Shown here: piece after piece, positions 27,906 through 36,404 of the stretch | Layout of the letters: the number at the start of each line of letters is the position of its first letter | Position numbering within the stretch: position 1 is the first letter of the stretch | Source: Minisyncoccota bacterium | GTDB lineage: Bacteria; Patescibacteriota; Minisyncoccia; Phycocordibacterales; DATDWN01 | Reading direction: 5' to 3' | NCBI GenBank assembly: GCA_041658985.1 | Contig: JBAZZC010000001.1 | Coordinates: 65,813 to 129,812 of the forward strand | DNA: 64,000 nt | Position numbers and translations under genes: made by a program | The notes under the pieces: generated by a model | What the model was told of the DNA's origin: nothing | The model's database searches: none | Seen by the model: only the letters and a program-made list of their open reading frames with translations

Positions 27906-29489
27906 ATGGCTGTTTCAAAAATCTACAGCGCACAGACAACGCATCTTACTGCACAAATTATTGATATTGAGGTTGATTTGTCCAAGGGACTTCACTCGTT
28001 TTCTATCGTTGGTCTAGGAGACAAGTCAATTGAGGAATCAAAAGACAGGGTTGGGGCAGCGATAAAAAATTCTGGTTTCAAATCACCAAAAAATAAAAAT
28101 CAAAAAATTGTAGTATCACTCGCTCCGGCGGACATAAAGAAAGAGGGTCCGCTTTTTGATTTACCGATTGCTATTGCATATCTTCTGGCCTCGGAAGACA
28201 TAAAAGCAGATACAAAAAATAGAATCTTTGTTGGAGAGCTGTCTTTAGATGGCGAACTTAGGCCAATAAAAGGCGCTCTACCTATTACCCAAAAAGCCAA
28301 GAAAGAAGGCTTCAAAGAGATATTTTTGCCAAAAGAGAACGCCGAGGAAGCTGTAAATATAGAAGGTATTACTGTTTATGGCGCAGGGAGTTTGTTAGAG
28401 GTTTTGCAACACATAAATACAAAACGGTCCGCCTCATCGGCGGATGAACTTGGGGATACTGGAATAATTCACAAAGAGATCCCCAAGTTCAAAAAAATAA
28501 AGAAAAAGAAAATCGCACGAGAAATTGATATTGATTTTGCTGATATAAAAGGTCAAGAGTCGGCAAAAAGGGGATTAGAAATCGCTGCGGCCGGTGGACA
28601 TAATATAATAATGTATGGACCTCCGGGGACAGGCAAAACAATGCTCGCAAAAGCATTTACACATTTACTTCCACAACTTTCGTTTGATGACATGTTAGAA
28701 GTTACTTCTATTTATTCTATTGGTGGAATGTTGTCAGAGGGTTTGATAGAACATCCACCTTTTCGCTCACCACACCACACCGCCTCTTATGTCTCTCTCG
28801 TCGGTGGTGGAAGTAATTTAAAACCCGGAGAAGTCACGCTCGCACATAAGGGAGTGTTATTCATGGATGAGTTTCCTGAGTTTGATAAAAAGGTTTTGGA
28901 AAGTTTACGTCAACCTTTGGAAGATAGGGTGGTAACTATTTCTCGTGCAAAGGGAAGCGCAAGATACCCAGCACATTTTATTTTAATTGCCACAATGAAC
29001 CCGTGTCCATGTGGAAATTATGGAGTGAAAGGTAAGGAGTGTATTTGTTCTGCACAGAATATAGAAAAATATAAAAGAAAAATGTCTGGACCGATTGTAG
29101 ACAGAATAGATATGTGGGTAGAAGTTTCAAAAGTTGAACACGAAAAATTAACTGATAGCAGGGAAATGCACGAGGGAACAAATGTTATGAAGCCTCGTGT
29201 AGAAAGGGCCAGAAAAATAGCGGAGCAAAGATATAAAAAGCTAGGACTCAAAACAAAAACAAATGCCGAGCTCTCTCCAAAAGATTTAGTCAAACACATT
29301 GTCTTGTCGGATAAAGTGAAAGAAGTTTTGAATAAATCAGCAAAACAATTAGACCTCTCCGCCCGTTCATATCACAGAATAATAAAACTAGCCCGCACAA
29401 TTGCGGACTTGGGTGGTTCAGAGAATATTTCCGAAAATCATATTATGGAAGCGATTAACTACCGTCCCAAAAAATATCAAAATATATAA
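27906..29489 (+). CDS. comM: YifB/ComM-family Mg-chelatase-like AAA+ ATPase
   Basis: Lon-like N-domain, Walker A GPPGTGKT, Walker B LFMDEF, C-terminal Mg-chelatase domain; contains in-frame palindrome at 28425-28444. Confidence 0.9.
   Translation: MAVSKIYSAQTTHLTAQIIDIEVDLSKGLHSFSIVGLGDKSIEESKDRVGAAIKNSGFKSPKNKNQKIVVSLAPADIKKEGPLFDLPIAIAYLLASEDIKADTKNRIFVGELSLDGELRPIKGALPITQKAKKEGFKEIFLPKENAEEAVNIEGITVYGAGSLLEVLQHINTKRSASSADELGDTGIIHKEIPKFKKIKKKKIAREIDIDFADIKGQESAKRGLEIAAAGGHNIIMYGPPGTGKTMLAKAFTHLLPQLSFDDMLEVTSIYSIGGMLSEGLIEHPPFRSPHHTASYVSLVGGGSNLKPGEVTLAHKGVLFMDEFPEFDKKVLESLRQPLEDRVVTISRAKGSARYPAHFILIATMNPCPCGNYGVKGKECICSAQNIEKYKRKMSGPIVDRIDMWVEVSKVEHEKLTDSREMHEGTNVMKPRVERARKIAEQRYKKLGLKTKTNAELSPKDLVKHIVLSDKVKEVLNKSAKQLDLSARSYHRIIKLARTIADLGGSENISENHIMEAINYRPKKYQNI
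28425..28444. repeat. in-frame short GC palindrome (family 1) within comM
   Basis: ggtccgcc-tcatc-ggcggat encoding RSASSADE. Confidence 0.7.
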
Positions 29490-29493
29490 TTTG

Positions 29494-29522
29494 TTGACAA
29501 GACAACAATATAAGTATATAAT
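29494..29522 (+). promoter_or_regulatory. perfect consensus promoter TTGACA-17-TATAAT driving GC-rich ORF 29547
   Basis: TTGACA 29494-29499, 17-nt spacer, TATAAT 29517-29522; SD aggaaagagagg before ATG 29547. Confidence 0.6.
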
Positions 29523-29546
29523 ATTGGCAGGAAAGAGAGGTTAGAT

Positions 29547-29903
29547 ATGGTGACTCAGATTTCACTCCATGGTTTCTGGCCACTGAGTTTTGCTATCGCA
29601 ACACTCAGTGCAATCGGCACCCTCTATGGAATTTGGGGGTTGTCGATGTGGTGGAGGGGGAAGGTATCATTCATCGTCGCGGCCGCCAGCACTGGTTTGG
29701 TTTGCTACAACATCAACCCAATCACCCTGAAGCTGTACTCGCAAGCGCAGGCAGAGCTGGGGACATTCTGGCTGTGGGTCCTGTATGCCACCAGCATTGC
29801 CCTCTGGGCAACCAGTGTCCTGACAGTTCTCATCTTGAGAATGTTCGTCATCGACATGTGGGGCGACTGGCGCCGATACCGAGCGCGCCGGCAATCCGCC
29901 TAA
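29547..29903 (+). CDS. small integral membrane protein (3-4 TM), GC-rich island F
   Basis: hydrophobic helices FWPLSFAIATLSAIGTLYGIWGL, VSFIVAAASTGLVCY, FWLWVLYATSIALWATSVLTVLIL; strongly G+C-rich third positions. Confidence 0.55.
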   Translation: MVTQISLHGFWPLSFAIATLSAIGTLYGIWGLSMWWRGKVSFIVAAASTGLVCYNINPITLKLYSQAQAELGTFWLWVLYATSIALWATSVLTVLILRMFVIDMWGDWRRYRARRQSA

Positions 29904-29993
29904 ACTCACGCCCCCGCGTGGCCAAAGAGCCATCGGGGCTTTTTGGTTAAAAATTTTTATTTGGTTTGACACGTATGGTATAATACGCACAAT

Positions 29994-30749
29994 ATGATAG
30001 AAAAATATCTTGAAGATGCCGGGTTGAGTGACAAAGAGGTGAAGATTTATCTTCAATTAATCCAGATGGAGAACGCTTCTGTTGTTGATTTGGCAAATAA
30101 AACAAAAATCAAAAGACCGACTGTCTACACCATTCTAGATTCGTTAGCTAAAAAAGGTCTAGTGAGTGAAATAGATGAAAATAAAAAAGCCAAGTATGTG
30201 GCCGAACCACCAGAGAGACTAAAATTATTTATAGAAAGAAAAGAAACTTTCTTGGGTGAATTAAAAAATCGTTTTGTAAATGATATTATTCCTCAAATAA
30301 AAAGTTTTCAAAAGGAAACGGGAGAGAAACCAACGGTAAAATTCTTTTCTGGTAAAGAAGGAATCCTTAGTACCAATGAAGATGTTTACGACGGAAACCC
30401 TGATGGTTCTCCAATTTATATAATATATTCCAAAGACCTTCTTGATGAGGTTTTTAAATCTACAGAAACAGACAAATACAAAAATACAAGAACCAGTGCG
30501 GGAATTAAAGCAAAAACCCTCTATAATTGGTCAAAAGGTGAAAAAAAATCGGATGAATTAGCAGAAAGAATACGGGTTGATGAAAAAAAATATCCTTTCT
30601 TTGCTGATATAAGTATATATAAAGATAAGGTCAGAATTAGCGTATTAGGTAAAGAGCTATCAGGAATATATATAAAGAGTAAAGACTTTGCCGAAACATT
30701 TAAAAGCTTATTCAATCTAGCTTTTGATAATCTGAAAAACAAACAATAA
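29994..30749 (+). CDS. TrmB-family transcriptional regulator (paralogue 3)
   Basis: AGLSDKEVKIYLQLIQMENASVVDLANKTKIKRPTVYTILDSLAKKGLVSE wHTH. Confidence 0.6.
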   Translation: MIEKYLEDAGLSDKEVKIYLQLIQMENASVVDLANKTKIKRPTVYTILDSLAKKGLVSEIDENKKAKYVAEPPERLKLFIERKETFLGELKNRFVNDIIPQIKSFQKETGEKPTVKFFSGKEGILSTNEDVYDGNPDGSPIYIIYSKDLLDEVFKSTETDKYKNTRTSAGIKAKTLYNWSKGEKKSDELAERIRVDEKKYPFFADISIYKDKVRISVLGKELSGIYIKSKDFAETFKSLFNLAFDNLKNKQ

Positions 30750-30758
30750 ACACAAATG

Positions 30759-30797
30759 ATGAAGGCCCGGCCGGATGTTACTCCGGCCAGGCCCTGT
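30759..30797 (+). terminator. rho-independent terminator (ggcccggccgga-tgttac-tccggccaggcc + TGTTTGT)
   Basis: 12-bp GC stem after TrmB-like gene stop. Confidence 0.6.
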
Positions 30798-31383
30798 TTG
30801 TCGGGTCTCCCACAAAGGATGACCCTCGCTGCGTGCCCAACAACCCAGTGGGTTGTGGGGCACCTTGTAGCTAGTCGCCCATTTTCCTAAAACTCCTTCC
30901 AAAAACAGTGCCGAACGACTGACTGACCAATTAACTACGCTGGACTAAAACCCACTGGCCCTACTTGGGATGCCCTATTGCACCCCAAGTTCGCCCGCCC
31001 GGCTCTAGTCCCACATATCGCCTCCCTTATTAGTTGAGGTTGACGTCTCTAGGGGTAGTATACACCCTACAATTTTTTTGTCAAATATTGATTTCAAAAC
31101 AGATAAACTCCATGTCAATTTATTTTTAATCTAGTCAGTCTCAATTATAAAGCAAAGAGTGATAAATGGCCTTATTTAAGACTATATTCGTTGTTAGTAA
31201 AAATGACTTGTCAGTTTAGCTTGACAAAAAAAGGGTATTGGTATATACTATCTCTAGAATCAAGTTAACAATAAGTCAGACTGCTTTGACAATAAATAGT
31301 TTTCACTTCCACTTTGGCTGGCCCGGATCGCACACATTACTTGCGAGGGGCCCCAAAGTGGGAGTGAAAACTCAACAAATGGG

Positions 31384-31704
31384 GTGGATATGAACAAGGT
31401 CATCGTCGGCGTCGTGCTGGTGCTGGTTCTGACGGTGTTCGTTGGTGGGTGTGAGCTCAACTCAGTGGTGGTTCGTCACTACTGCGATAAAGAGGTTTCG
31501 TACAACCTCTGGAAGAAAGATTCGCAGTACTGGCTGAACCTCCACGTCGGCTCGGTTGGCGAAAGGGCTTGTGCCGTAAATCCAGACATGCCTCGAGCCA
31601 TCAACTTGCGACAGTACGTTTCCTCGGGCGAGGAAGCGGACAAGTTGATTGAGAGGCACCGGCGTGCCTACGCCGAGAGACTTACCAGACCGAAAGTGAA
31701 CTGA
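31384..31704 (+). CDS. putative lipoprotein (106 aa) in GC-rich island G
   Basis: signal peptide with lipobox VFVGGC; G+C-rich. Confidence 0.45.
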   Translation: MDMNKVIVGVVLVLVLTVFVGGCELNSVVVRHYCDKEVSYNLWKKDSQYWLNLHVGSVGERACAVNPDMPRAINLRQYVSSGEEADKLIERHRRAYAERLTRPKVN

Positions 31705-31838
31705 CCTCCCCGGTCGTCGTCGCCCCGTGTAGACCAATCCCAAGTCTACCGAGTTAGAAACTGGGACAATAATACTTCGGGGAAGTACCGAAGCGCCTAA
31801 CAAGCGGTCACTGTTCGTCTTCTGGAGCGTCATCCCAG

Positions 31839-31900
31839 AACTGTATCGAGATGTGTATCTCGACTGATGAGTCCTTCAATAAGTTCAGGACGAAACAGTT
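31839..31900 (+). ncRNA. type III hammerhead self-cleaving ribozyme
   Basis: AACUGUA^UCGAGAU-gugu-AUCUCGA-CUGAUGA-GUCC-uucaauaaguuca-GGAC-GAAA-CAGUU: helix III 6 bp (31839-44/31895-900), helix I 7 bp hairpin, helix II 4 bp, full catalytic core, GUA cleavage triplet. Confidence 0.8.
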
Positions 31901-32630
31901 GGTTCCTTAAAAACAATTTTCCGAAACACCTGCCTCCTTCTTGGTTCACTAATATTAAGTGATTCAAGAAGGGGGTAGGTATGCTACGGGCAGATACCAG
32001 AACCTCCATAATGGTGTGATTTGATAGGTACACCTGTAAGAGGTGTAAGTAACAGATGATCCACATGGCATAGTGGGTAACGGGGTAAGGCTCTCCGTGT
32101 CATCGTGTTACCACATCAAATGGGTATAGTGCCACGCCAAAACTGGCGGGGGACACTATATCAACTGGAGTACTCCAGACTGCCCAATTAGAGCTTCGGA
32201 AGGTTGTAGCTACCAAACCTTGCCCTGAGGAACCAATGTTCCTCGGGGTTCCTTAAAAGCAAATCACGTTGTGGTTTCCTTTTAAGGGAAGAGAGGAACA
32301 CGAGGATAAACAAACACCTAAGTTGACCTCCTCTTGTATGTGAATCTCTTCCCGTCATGCCGTTGTCTAGGTCAGTGCAGAGACCAGAGGACAAGAAGGG
32401 TGAAATACTCCGCCTTTAAGTGATAAACCCTCCACTGGCCCAAAAGGTCAGAAGGCGGATGGTGAGTTAAGTGACTCATCATTGGGGATTAAAATACGGG
32501 TGGCCACCATGTTCTACAAAACAAGGAGGTCGGCCAAGCCCGCAAAAAACACCCCGAACTGCACACGTTCTTTGGAGCACAGGCTCCACGATTAAGGCTT
32601 CCAAGCTACCATCGTGGAGCCTTTTTCGTA
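31846..32630 (+). ncRNA. candidate ~785-nt structured non-coding RNA with hammerhead-processed 5' end and hairpin terminator
   Basis: no convincing ORF on either strand; G+C-rich with many local hairpins (e.g. gaggaacc-aatg-ttcctc); bounded by ribozyme cleavage site and terminator 32578-32630. Confidence 0.3.
32578..32630 (+). terminator. rho-independent terminator, copy 1 of an identical 52-bp repeat
   Basis: ggctccacgat-N18-atcgtggagcc + TTTTTCGTA; identical copy 32951-33003. Confidence 0.75.
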
Positions 32631-32736
32631 TCTAAAATGTGTCCCCAGGAGAACTTGACTTTTACCACCTGTCTGTGTTATAATACAAGTAGGAGGTGGG
32701 GCACTACTAACAAAACCCACCGAAGGGAGTTAACAA

Positions 32737-32937
32737 ATGGCAAAGAAGAAGTACCGAAAGCCCCCGAAGGGCTCGGGGGCGGAGTTCCTCGCAAGACTCG
32801 ACTGCCATGCGTCGACGAGGCGGGTGGCAGACGTCGGTCTCGGCCGGGGAGTGACCAGGCGGATTCCTCGTCGTGAAAATCTCGACGAACGAGCGGGTGA
32901 TTTCGGGGATGATGAGAAGAAAGAGAGGTACAATTGA
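32737..32937 (+). CDS. small basic protein (66 aa), hypothetical; bracketed by identical terminators
   Basis: MAKKKYRKPPKGSG...; SD gaagggag; G+C-rich. Confidence 0.4.
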   Translation: MAKKKYRKPPKGSGAEFLARLDCHASTRRVADVGLGRGVTRRIPRRENLDERAGDFGDDEKKERYN

Positions 32938-32950
32938 TGTTCCTTGGGGC

Positions 32951-33003
32951 AACAGGCTCCACGATTAAGGCTTCCAAGCTACCATCGTGGAGCCTTTTTC
33001 GTA
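32951..33003 (+). terminator. rho-independent terminator, copy 2 of 52-bp repeat
   Basis: identical to 32579-32630. Confidence 0.75.
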
Positions 33004-33010
33004 TAAAAAT

Positions 33011-34036
33011 TTAAAATGGATTTTTTGCTCCTCTAATTTCAAAGTGAAGATGTATACCCGTCGGACCCTTCACTCTACCCGTCTTACCCATTTTACCTAT
33101 AACCTGACCTTGTTCTACATAATCCCCGGCACTAACTAATATTGAATTTAGATGACCATAAACTGTCTGGGTACCATTTCCGTGTTTGATAATAATATAG
33201 TTACCATACCCACCATTCCAACCGGTTCTTGCAATCTGTACTTGGCCAGAAGCTGAAGCTAAGATATTTGTGTTAAGAGCTGCCGAAATGTCCACCGCAT
33301 ATCTGTCATGTAGTCCCTGTGTTTTAATTCCACCAATAAGTGGTCGCATGTAATAACCCTCGTAAACCGGATATAACGGAGCTGGTTTAGATATAACACT
33401 ACCACCAAAAGAAACAGGAATAACCTCACCATCGGGCACAACTATTATGTCTCCAACGGCCAATTTGGCATTTTTTGTTAAGTTGTTATATTGCAAAACC
33501 TCTTCCAAATCACCCTTATAAAGCCTGGTTATGCTTTGAAGCGTGTCCCCAGATTTTACTCTGTGTTGTATACCCGAAATAGGTAAAATAACCAGAGTTT
33601 GGCCCTCTGATATTGTATTTCCCTTTATATCGTTACCCCATCTAATAGTGTTAGATGAAACCCCAAACATTTTAGCTATGGCTGGTAGAGTATCTCCCTT
33701 GTGAACAACGTACAAACTAATCTGGTCTTCGCTTACCGTTTTTGTGTCAGCCGGCTTTTGTATCTCTGGTAAAAGAGAGGTCCCGTCAACAATAGTCGCC
33801 TCTTCTTTTGTGGTTGAAGACATTTGGCTCGGAGAGAGAGTGGCTTGAAGTAAAGCCATGTTTTGTGAATTTAGTTGTTGTACTTCCTCAGCCTGAACGT
33901 TGGTTGAAAATAAGTCAGAAAAAAAAGAAAAAACACCGGCTTCTGTGTGCAACGGCATTAAAAGTAATCCCAAAAGAGCAATGCTCAAGAGACTAGGTGT
34001 TATTATGTTCACCACATGTTTCTCCGATCCCACCAA
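33011..34036 (-). CDS. LysM-domain M23 family metallopeptidase
   Basis: two LysM repeats (YVVHKGDTLPAIAKMFGVS..., HRVKSGDTLQSITRLY), M23 motifs GYGNYIIIKHGNGTQTVYGHL and IHLHFEIR; N-terminal signal/TM. Confidence 0.88.
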   Translation of the reverse strand: MVGSEKHVVNIITPSLLSIALLGLLLMPLHTEAGVFSFFSDLFSTNVQAEEVQQLNSQNMALLQATLSPSQMSSTTKEEATIVDGTSLLPEIQKPADTKTVSEDQISLYVVHKGDTLPAIAKMFGVSSNTIRWGNDIKGNTISEGQTLVILPISGIQHRVKSGDTLQSITRLYKGDLEEVLQYNNLTKNAKLAVGDIIVVPDGEVIPVSFGGSVISKPAPLYPVYEGYYMRPLIGGIKTQGLHDRYAVDISAALNTNILASASGQVQIARTGWNGGYGNYIIIKHGNGTQTVYGHLNSILVSAGDYVEQGQVIGKMGKTGRVKGPTGIHLHFEIRGAKNPF

Positions 34037-34253
34037 ACGCCAACTCTGGGGCTTGGTGCTTTTAAGACCGGACCCAAACTGTGGATCCTGTTGTGAGCTT
34101 TTAATAAGCTAAAAATTAAAATAAATTCTGCTTTTCTGTAATAAAATACGGCTCTACTAGACCATATCTTAAAACTTTAGTTCGGTACATAATCTAGTAT
34201 ATACCCTTTAATCCTTGGGTCAATCTAAGTTATAAACAGCCATCTCATCACTG

Positions 34254-34424
34254 TTTTTTCAAGACACGTATAAATCGTTGGTACGATTTTACTATGCTCG
34301 TCAATCAAGAAAACAATCTTCCTCAGTACTGGCCCTTTCGCAAACTCGCTTCGCTCAAACAGTGCTTCGGGCTGGCGTACTTCGTCGTTGTTTTCTAATT
34401 GACTGTGCAATGTCTTGAAAAAAC
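34254..34424. repeat. ~170-bp intergenic repeat element, copy 3
   Basis: TTTTTTCAAGACACGTATAAATCGTTGGTACG...ttgttttctaattgactgtgcaatgtcttgaaaaa. Confidence 0.8.
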
Positions 34425-34471
34425 AGTGATTTCGCCTCAAACAACAGATCTTGCCATGATATAATCACTAG

Positions 34472-36394
34472 ATGCAAAATTATCTGGAAGACCTGAATAA
34501 GGAACAAAAAATGGCGGTTTTGGCTACGGAGGGACCAGTTTTAATTGTGGCCGGAGCAGGAGCAGGCAAGACCAAAACCTTGACCCACAGAATTCTTCAC
34601 CTCATCTCAAGCGGAGTCAGCCCGGAAAGAATTTTAGCCATTACCTTTACGAACAAAGCGGCCAAGGAGATGAGGGAAAGGGTGTTGAAGCTTTTAAGAC
34701 ACAGCTCCAGAACACCTTTTGTTAGTACTTTCCACGCTCTTGGGGTACAAATCATAAAAGAAAATGCAGAATTACTGAAACTTCCAAGACACTTTAATAT
34801 CTTTGATAAAGCTGATTCAAAAAAAGCACTAAAAGACGCAATTGTTTATCTTGGTATGGACCCAAAAGACCACCTAGAAAAAATTCAACATATTATATCT
34901 GGTGAAAAAAGTCGGGGGGTTGATATAAAAGAATATTTGGAAAGAGAAAGTTACGACCAAACATCTGAACTAACAAAAAAGGTCTGGGTAAAATATGATG
35001 ACACGTTAAAAAAAGAACATGCTCTGGACTTTGACGACTTACTACTTAAAACCCTAAAACTTTTAAAAAAACACCAGGATATTTTAGAAAAATATCAAGA
35101 AAGATTTTTATACATCCACGTTGATGAATACCAAGACACAAATAAGGTACAAAACAGTATTGTTGAGTTATTGGCAGATAAATATAAAAACATCTGCGTT
35201 GTTGGTGACACAGACCAAAACATTTACAGCTGGCGAGGAGCTGAGATCAAAAACATGCTTCATTTTGAAAAACAATATCCAGATGTAAAAACTTTTTTTC
35301 TTGAACAAAATTATCGTTCCACAAAAAACATCTTAGCGGTAGCCAATGAAATTATTAAAAAAAACAATTTCCGTATACCAAAAAAACTTTTCACCGAAAA
35401 CCCAGAAGGGGAAAAGGTTGGCTTATTTAAAGCACGAAATGAGAATGATGAAGCCCATTTTATTGCCATGAAAGCAAAGGATTTAATTTCTGGTGGAACA
35501 AAGGATGATAATATTGCTGTTCTATACCGAGCCAACTTTCAGTCCAGGGTACTTGAAGACGCCTTTCTTTCTCATGGTGTACCATATCAAATGCTCGGAA
35601 CAAAATTTTTTGAGAGAAAAGAAATAAAAGATGTTGTTAGTTTTATAAAGGCATCTCTTAACCCAGAAAACTGGAGTGATTTTGTGCGTATAGTAAATAT
35701 TCCACCAAGAGGAATAGGAAAAACGACCGTCCAAAAAATAATTTCTGGTCAGGAAACAGAATTACCAGAAAACACCAGAGCCAAAATAAACAATTTTAGA
35801 AAAATGTTGGAAGAGTTTAAAAATATTTTAGTCACAGAGAAGCCAAGTGATTCAATAAAATATATTATCAAAAAATCCGGCATAAAAGAGATGTATGATA
35901 CAGGAAAAGAAGATGATGTAGAGAGGTTAGAAAATATTATGGAACTTGTCTCTCTAGCTAAAGAATATGATGTGCATCCGCCAGAAGAAGCTATAGAAAA
36001 ATTTTTGACAGACACAGCTCTAGTCTCCGACCAAGACTCCCTAGATGGAGAAAAAAGGGGGGTTAAGCTTATGACCGTTCATTCATCAAAGGGGTTAGAG
36101 TTTGATTATGTTTTTATTTCTGGATTAGAAAGCGACCTTTTTCCACACAAAAGAAGTTACGAGGGAAAAAGACCAAACGAGGACAAAGAGGAAGAAAGAA
36201 GGCTGTTTTACGTGGCTTTGACTCGCGCAGCAAAGAAACTTTTTTTGACATGGGCCAATACCCGTACTATATTTGGAACGATAGAAGTTAATTCGCCATC
36301 TGAATTCATAGATGATATTCCCGAGAAATATACCGAGGATGAATCATTTCTGGGAGAGTTGGAGAAAGAACCTCTGTTTAGTATAGATTTTTAA
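34472..36394 (+). CDS. pcrA: ATP-dependent DNA helicase UvrD/PcrA family
   Basis: LNKEQKMAVLATEGPVLIVAGAGAGKTKTLTHRI (motif I), VDEYQDTN (motif II), later helicase motifs through VHSSKGLEFD. Confidence 0.92.
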   Translation: MQNYLEDLNKEQKMAVLATEGPVLIVAGAGAGKTKTLTHRILHLISSGVSPERILAITFTNKAAKEMRERVLKLLRHSSRTPFVSTFHALGVQIIKENAELLKLPRHFNIFDKADSKKALKDAIVYLGMDPKDHLEKIQHIISGEKSRGVDIKEYLERESYDQTSELTKKVWVKYDDTLKKEHALDFDDLLLKTLKLLKKHQDILEKYQERFLYIHVDEYQDTNKVQNSIVELLADKYKNICVVGDTDQNIYSWRGAEIKNMLHFEKQYPDVKTFFLEQNYRSTKNILAVANEIIKKNNFRIPKKLFTENPEGEKVGLFKARNENDEAHFIAMKAKDLISGGTKDDNIAVLYRANFQSRVLEDAFLSHGVPYQMLGTKFFERKEIKDVVSFIKASLNPENWSDFVRIVNIPPRGIGKTTVQKIISGQETELPENTRAKINNFRKMLEEFKNILVTEKPSDSIKYIIKKSGIKEMYDTGKEDDVERLENIMELVSLAKEYDVHPPEEAIEKFLTDTALVSDQDSLDGEKRGVKLMTVHSSKGLEFDYVFISGLESDLFPHKRSYEGKRPNEDKEEERRLFYVALTRAAKKLFLTWANTRTIFGTIEVNSPSEFIDDIPEKYTEDESFLGELEKEPLFSIDF

Positions 36395-36404
36395 ACACAA
36401 AATA

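Noticed and set aside
34225-34440. Treating the antisense ORF of the ~170-bp repeat (MRRNHCFFKTLHSQLENNDE...) as a confirmed small protein gene
   Set aside because: Start codon not conserved between copies, and copy 1 lacks a 60-aa ORF; conservation is equally explained by nucleotide identity of a non-coding repeat. Kept only as a possibility in the repeat finding
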